A DNA stretch of 64,000 bases from an uncultured Chloroflexia bacterium (GTDB taxonomy: Bacteria > Chloroflexota > Limnocylindria > Limnocylindrales > CSP1-4): positions 256,001 through 320,000 of the forward strand of contig CAVQJC010000001.1 in the NCBI GenBank assembly GCA_963712745.1, given 5' to 3'. Both the position numbers and the translations under genes were made by a program. This document shows, one piece after another, positions 60,383 through 64,000 of this stretch (positions within the stretch are counted from its first letter, which is position 1; the number at the start of each line of letters is the position of its first letter). The notes below the pieces were generated by a model. That model did no database searches. It saw only the letters and a program-made list of their open reading frames with translations, and was not told the origin of the DNA.

Positions 60383-61090
60383 CTAGGCCGCGGCGCGAGC
60401 CAGGAGTCCGGGGACATCCACGCGGATGCCCGGTCCCATGGTGGACGCGACGGTGAGGCTCCTGAAGTACTGGCCCTTGGTCTCCTTGGGCCGGGCCCGG
60501 TTGACCGCGTCGGTCAGGGCCGCCAGGTTCTCGACCAGCTGCTCGTTCTCGAAGTGGGACTTGCCGAAGGGCACATGGATGATGCCGCCCTTGTCGACCT
60601 TGAACTCGATACGCCCACCCTTGAGCTCCCCGATGACTTGCTCGAGGTCGAAGGTGACGGTACCGGCCTTGGGGTTCGGCATCAGCCCGCGGCGGCCGAG
60701 GATGCGGCCGAGCTTGCCCACGCGACCCATCATGTCGGGCGTGGCCACGGCCACATCGAACTCCAGCCAGCCGCCCTCGATCTTCTCAGCGAGGTCGTCG
60801 GCCCCGACCTCGTCGGCACCGGCGGCGGTGGCCTCGGCCGCCTTGTCACCCTGGGCGAAGACGGCCACGCGCACGACCTTGCCGCTGCCATGCGGCAGCG
60901 AGACGGTGCCGCGCACCATCTGCTCGGCATGACGAGGGTCGACGCCGAGGCGGATGTGCGCCTCGACCGATCCGTCGAACTTGGTGGTGGAGGTCTGCTT
61001 CAGGAGCGACATGGCCTCGTCAGGCTCGTAGACCCTGCCATGCTCGACGAGCTTGGCGGCGTCCTGGTATCGCTTTCCGTGCTGAGCCAT
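60383..61090 (-). CDS. rplA: 50S ribosomal protein L1
   Basis: [28 protein letters not shown]. Confidence 0.97.
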   Translation of the reverse strand: MAQHGKRYQDAAKLVEHGRVYEPDEAMSLLKQTSTTKFDGSVEAHIRLGVDPRHAEQMVRGTVSLPHGSGKVVRVAVFAQGDKAAEATAAGADEVGADDLAEKIEGGWLEFDVAVATPDMMGRVGKLGRILGRRGLMPNPKAGTVTFDLEQVIGELKGGRIEFKVDKGGIIHVPFGKSHFENEQLVENLAALTDAVNRARPKETKGQYFRSLTVASTMGPGIRVDVPGLLARAAA

Positions 61091-61096
61091 GTGGTG

Positions 61097-61135
61097 GGAT
61101 CCTTTCGCTGGCGGCCGTGGTCGGCCTCCCCCTGG
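61097..61135 (-). promoter_or_regulatory. possible L1-binding mRNA site upstream of rplA
   Basis: GGGGAGGCC-gaccac-GGCCGCCA stem with purine internal loop just before the rplA start; resemblance only. Confidence 0.3.
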
Positions 61136-61224
61136 TGACGCGGGGTGGACGTGCCGGTCGCAGCCCGTGGGCCGCGGCAGGGGCCCGTCCGTTCCGGCCG
61201 GCGGACGGTGCCCGTAGTGGTGGT

Positions 61225-61653
61225 CTAGTCGACGACCTCGATGCCCATGGAGCGGGCCGTGCCCGCGATCACGCGGGCGGCCATCTCGGGGTCATCGGCG
61301 TTGAGGTCGGACTTCTTGATCTCGGCGATCTCGAGCAGCTGGGCCTGGGTGACCTGGCCCACGTAGGCTTCCCGTCCCGATGCCCCAGAGCCCTTCTCCA
61401 CGCCGGCCGCCTTGCGCAGCAGATCCGCCGCGGGCGGCGTCTTGAGCACGAAGGTGAAGCTGCGGTCCTCGAAGATGGTGATCCTGGCGGGGATGATCTG
61501 GCCGCTCTGGGCCGCAGTCCTCTCGTTGTAGGACTTGGTGAACTCGACGATGTTGATGCCGTGCGGACCGAGCGCGGTACCCACGGGCGGGGCCGGGGTG
61601 GCCTTGCCGGCGGGCAGCTGCAGGGTCAGGACGGTGCGGATCTTCTTGGCCAT
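61225..61653 (-). CDS. rplK: 50S ribosomal protein L11
   Basis: [22 protein letters not shown]. Confidence 0.97.
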   Translation of the reverse strand: MAKKIRTVLTLQLPAGKATPAPPVGTALGPHGINIVEFTKSYNERTAAQSGQIIPARITIFEDRSFTFVLKTPPAADLLRKAAGVEKGSGASGREAYVGQVTQAQLLEIAEIKKSDLNADDPEMAARVIAGTARSMGIEVVD

Positions 61654-61701
61654 CGGTTCGTCTCGTTCTACCTCGTTGGGATCTGGTTCTGGCCGGGAGA
61701 G

Positions 61702-62283
61702 CTAGAGCTTCTCGACCTGCAGGAAGTCCAGCTCCACGGGCGTCTCACGTCCGAAGATGCTGACCAGGACCTTGAGCTTGTTACGCTCGGGATTGACTTC
61801 TTCCACGGTGCCGATGAACTCGGCGAAGGGGCCGTCGGTGACCCGCACCGACTGGCCCTTGCTGAAGGCCACGCGATACTTGGGCGTCTCGACACCCATC
61901 TGGCGCAGGATCTGCTTGACCTCGTGCTCCTCGAGGGGCACCGGCTCGTTGCGCGAGCCGGGGATGTTGCCGCCGCCCACGAAGCTGGTCACGCCAGGCG
62001 TGTTGCGCACGACGAACCAGGACTCGGGATCGAGGACCATCTCCACCAGCACGTAGCCGGGGAAGACCTTCTTCTGCACGGTGACACGCTGGCCGCCGCG
62101 GATCTCGATCTCGTCCTCTTCGGGCACCAGGACCTGGTAGATCTTGTCCTCCATGCCCATGGTCTCGATGCGGTGCTCGAGATTGGTCTTCACCTTCTTC
62201 TCGTAACCCGAGTAGGTGTGGATGACATACCAGCGCTTCTCGGGCTGGGCGGTCTCGGTGAGATGGTCGAGGAAGCTGGCCAC
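61702..62283 (-). CDS. nusG: transcription elongation factor NusG
   Basis: [35 protein letters not shown]. Confidence 0.97.
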   Translation of the reverse strand: MASFLDHLTETAQPEKRWYVIHTYSGYEKKVKTNLEHRIETMGMEDKIYQVLVPEEDEIEIRGGQRVTVQKKVFPGYVLVEMVLDPESWFVVRNTPGVTSFVGGGNIPGSRNEPVPLEEHEVKQILRQMGVETPKYRVAFSKGQSVRVTDGPFAEFIGTVEEVNPERNKLKVLVSIFGRETPVELDFLQVEKL

Positions 62284-62474
62284 TAGAAGATGTCCGTGAT
62301 GACGCGCAAGGCCACGGTCCAGAGGTTGTCCCAGAACCAGATGTACACGCCGAAGATCGCGCTGATCACGAACACGAGGATCGTAAGGTTGCGCACGTGC
62401 TCCCGGGTGGGCCAGGTCACCTTCTTCAGTTCGGACCAGGACTCGATGAAGTACTGGCGGATCCTACCGATCAC
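62283..62474 (-). CDS. secE: preprotein translocase SecE
   Basis: [10 protein letters not shown] plus TM helix; GTG 62474. Confidence 0.93.
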   Translation of the reverse strand: MIGRIRQYFIESWSELKKVTWPTREHVRNLTILVFVISAIFGVYIWFWDNLWTVALRVITDIF

Positions 62475-62513
62475 GGTTCTCTTCGATGCCTCTTGACTGG
62501 CGGCTGGTGGAGG

Positions 62514-62590
62514 TGGCAGGCGCGGCGGGACTCGAACCCACAACCCCTGGTTTTGGAGACCAGTGCTCTGCCAAATTGAGCTACGCGCCT
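62514..62590 (-). tRNA. tRNA-Trp (CCA)
   Basis: AGGCGCGTAGCTCAATTTGGCAGAGCACTGGTCTCCAAAACCAGGGGTTGTGGGTTCGAGTCCCGCCGCGCCTGCCA; cloverleaf, anticodon CCA, encoded CCA end. Confidence 0.96.
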
Positions 62591-62609
62591 ACGCTCGAAC
62601 GTTCGTCCC

Positions 62610-62774
62610 CTACTTCGTCTCGCGGTGAAGTGTATGCGTTCGACAGCGAGGGCAGTAGCGCCGCAGCTCGATGCGACTGGGGTCGTTCTTCTTGTTCTTC
62701 TCCGTCGTGTACGTGCGTTCCCTGCACTCGGTGCAGGCGAGCGTGATGACGGGCCGGTTTTCGGCTTTTGCCAC
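62610..62774 (-). CDS. rpmG: 50S ribosomal protein L33 (zinc-binding type)
   Basis: Hand translation: [54 protein letters not shown]. Confidence 0.96.
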   Translation of the reverse strand: MAKAENRPVITLACTECRERTYTTEKNKKNDPSRIELRRYCPRCRTHTLHRETK

Positions 62775-62780
62775 TTGAGT

Positions 62781-63977
<1,197 letters not shown>

Positions 63978-64000
63978 CCTTGTAGTCCGCTTGGCCCCCG

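Noticed and set aside
62514-62590. tRNA-Trp as an integration site for a mobile element
   Set aside because: Flanked directly by rpmG and secE; no integrase or duplicated tRNA 3' end in the window

Overview
High-GC bacterial core-genome window, most consistent with Chloroflexota, possibly a Limnocylindria-like lineage. That assignment is inferred from gene order and RNAP insertions, not verified. Positions 28.7-64 kb hold an almost uninterrupted minus-strand transcription/translation supercluster: tuf-rpmG-tRNA-Trp-secE-nusG-rplKA-rplJL-rpoBC-rpsLG-fusA-tuf-S10-spc-secY-adk-map-infA-alpha-truA-rplM-rpsI. Downstream follow TPR-cdaA-cdaR-glmM-glmS-acpS-nnrD-alr, an uncharacterised three-gene block (small protein, orphan GlmL-like actin-fold protein with degenerate ATP motifs, barrel-sandwich/KOW partner), tsaE-tsaB-rimI-tsaD-rsmA-ispE-ridA, glmU-CNNM, a GGPP-type synthase, recO and glyQS. 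The left end has a redox cluster (Prx-like, fpr, nfnAB) divergent from ppdK. No mobile elements, CRISPR arrays or rRNA were seen. Main observations: the orphan GlmL-like module, an acidic RpoC C-terminal tail with repeated NPFL motifs, the same 16-mer +1 frameshift in acpS and one tuf copy (probably a systematic sequencing error), a His->Ser change at the RpoB rifampicin position equivalent to E. coli H526, an expanded L10 leader, several probable leaderless genes, and acidic tails or insertions on ribosomal proteins.
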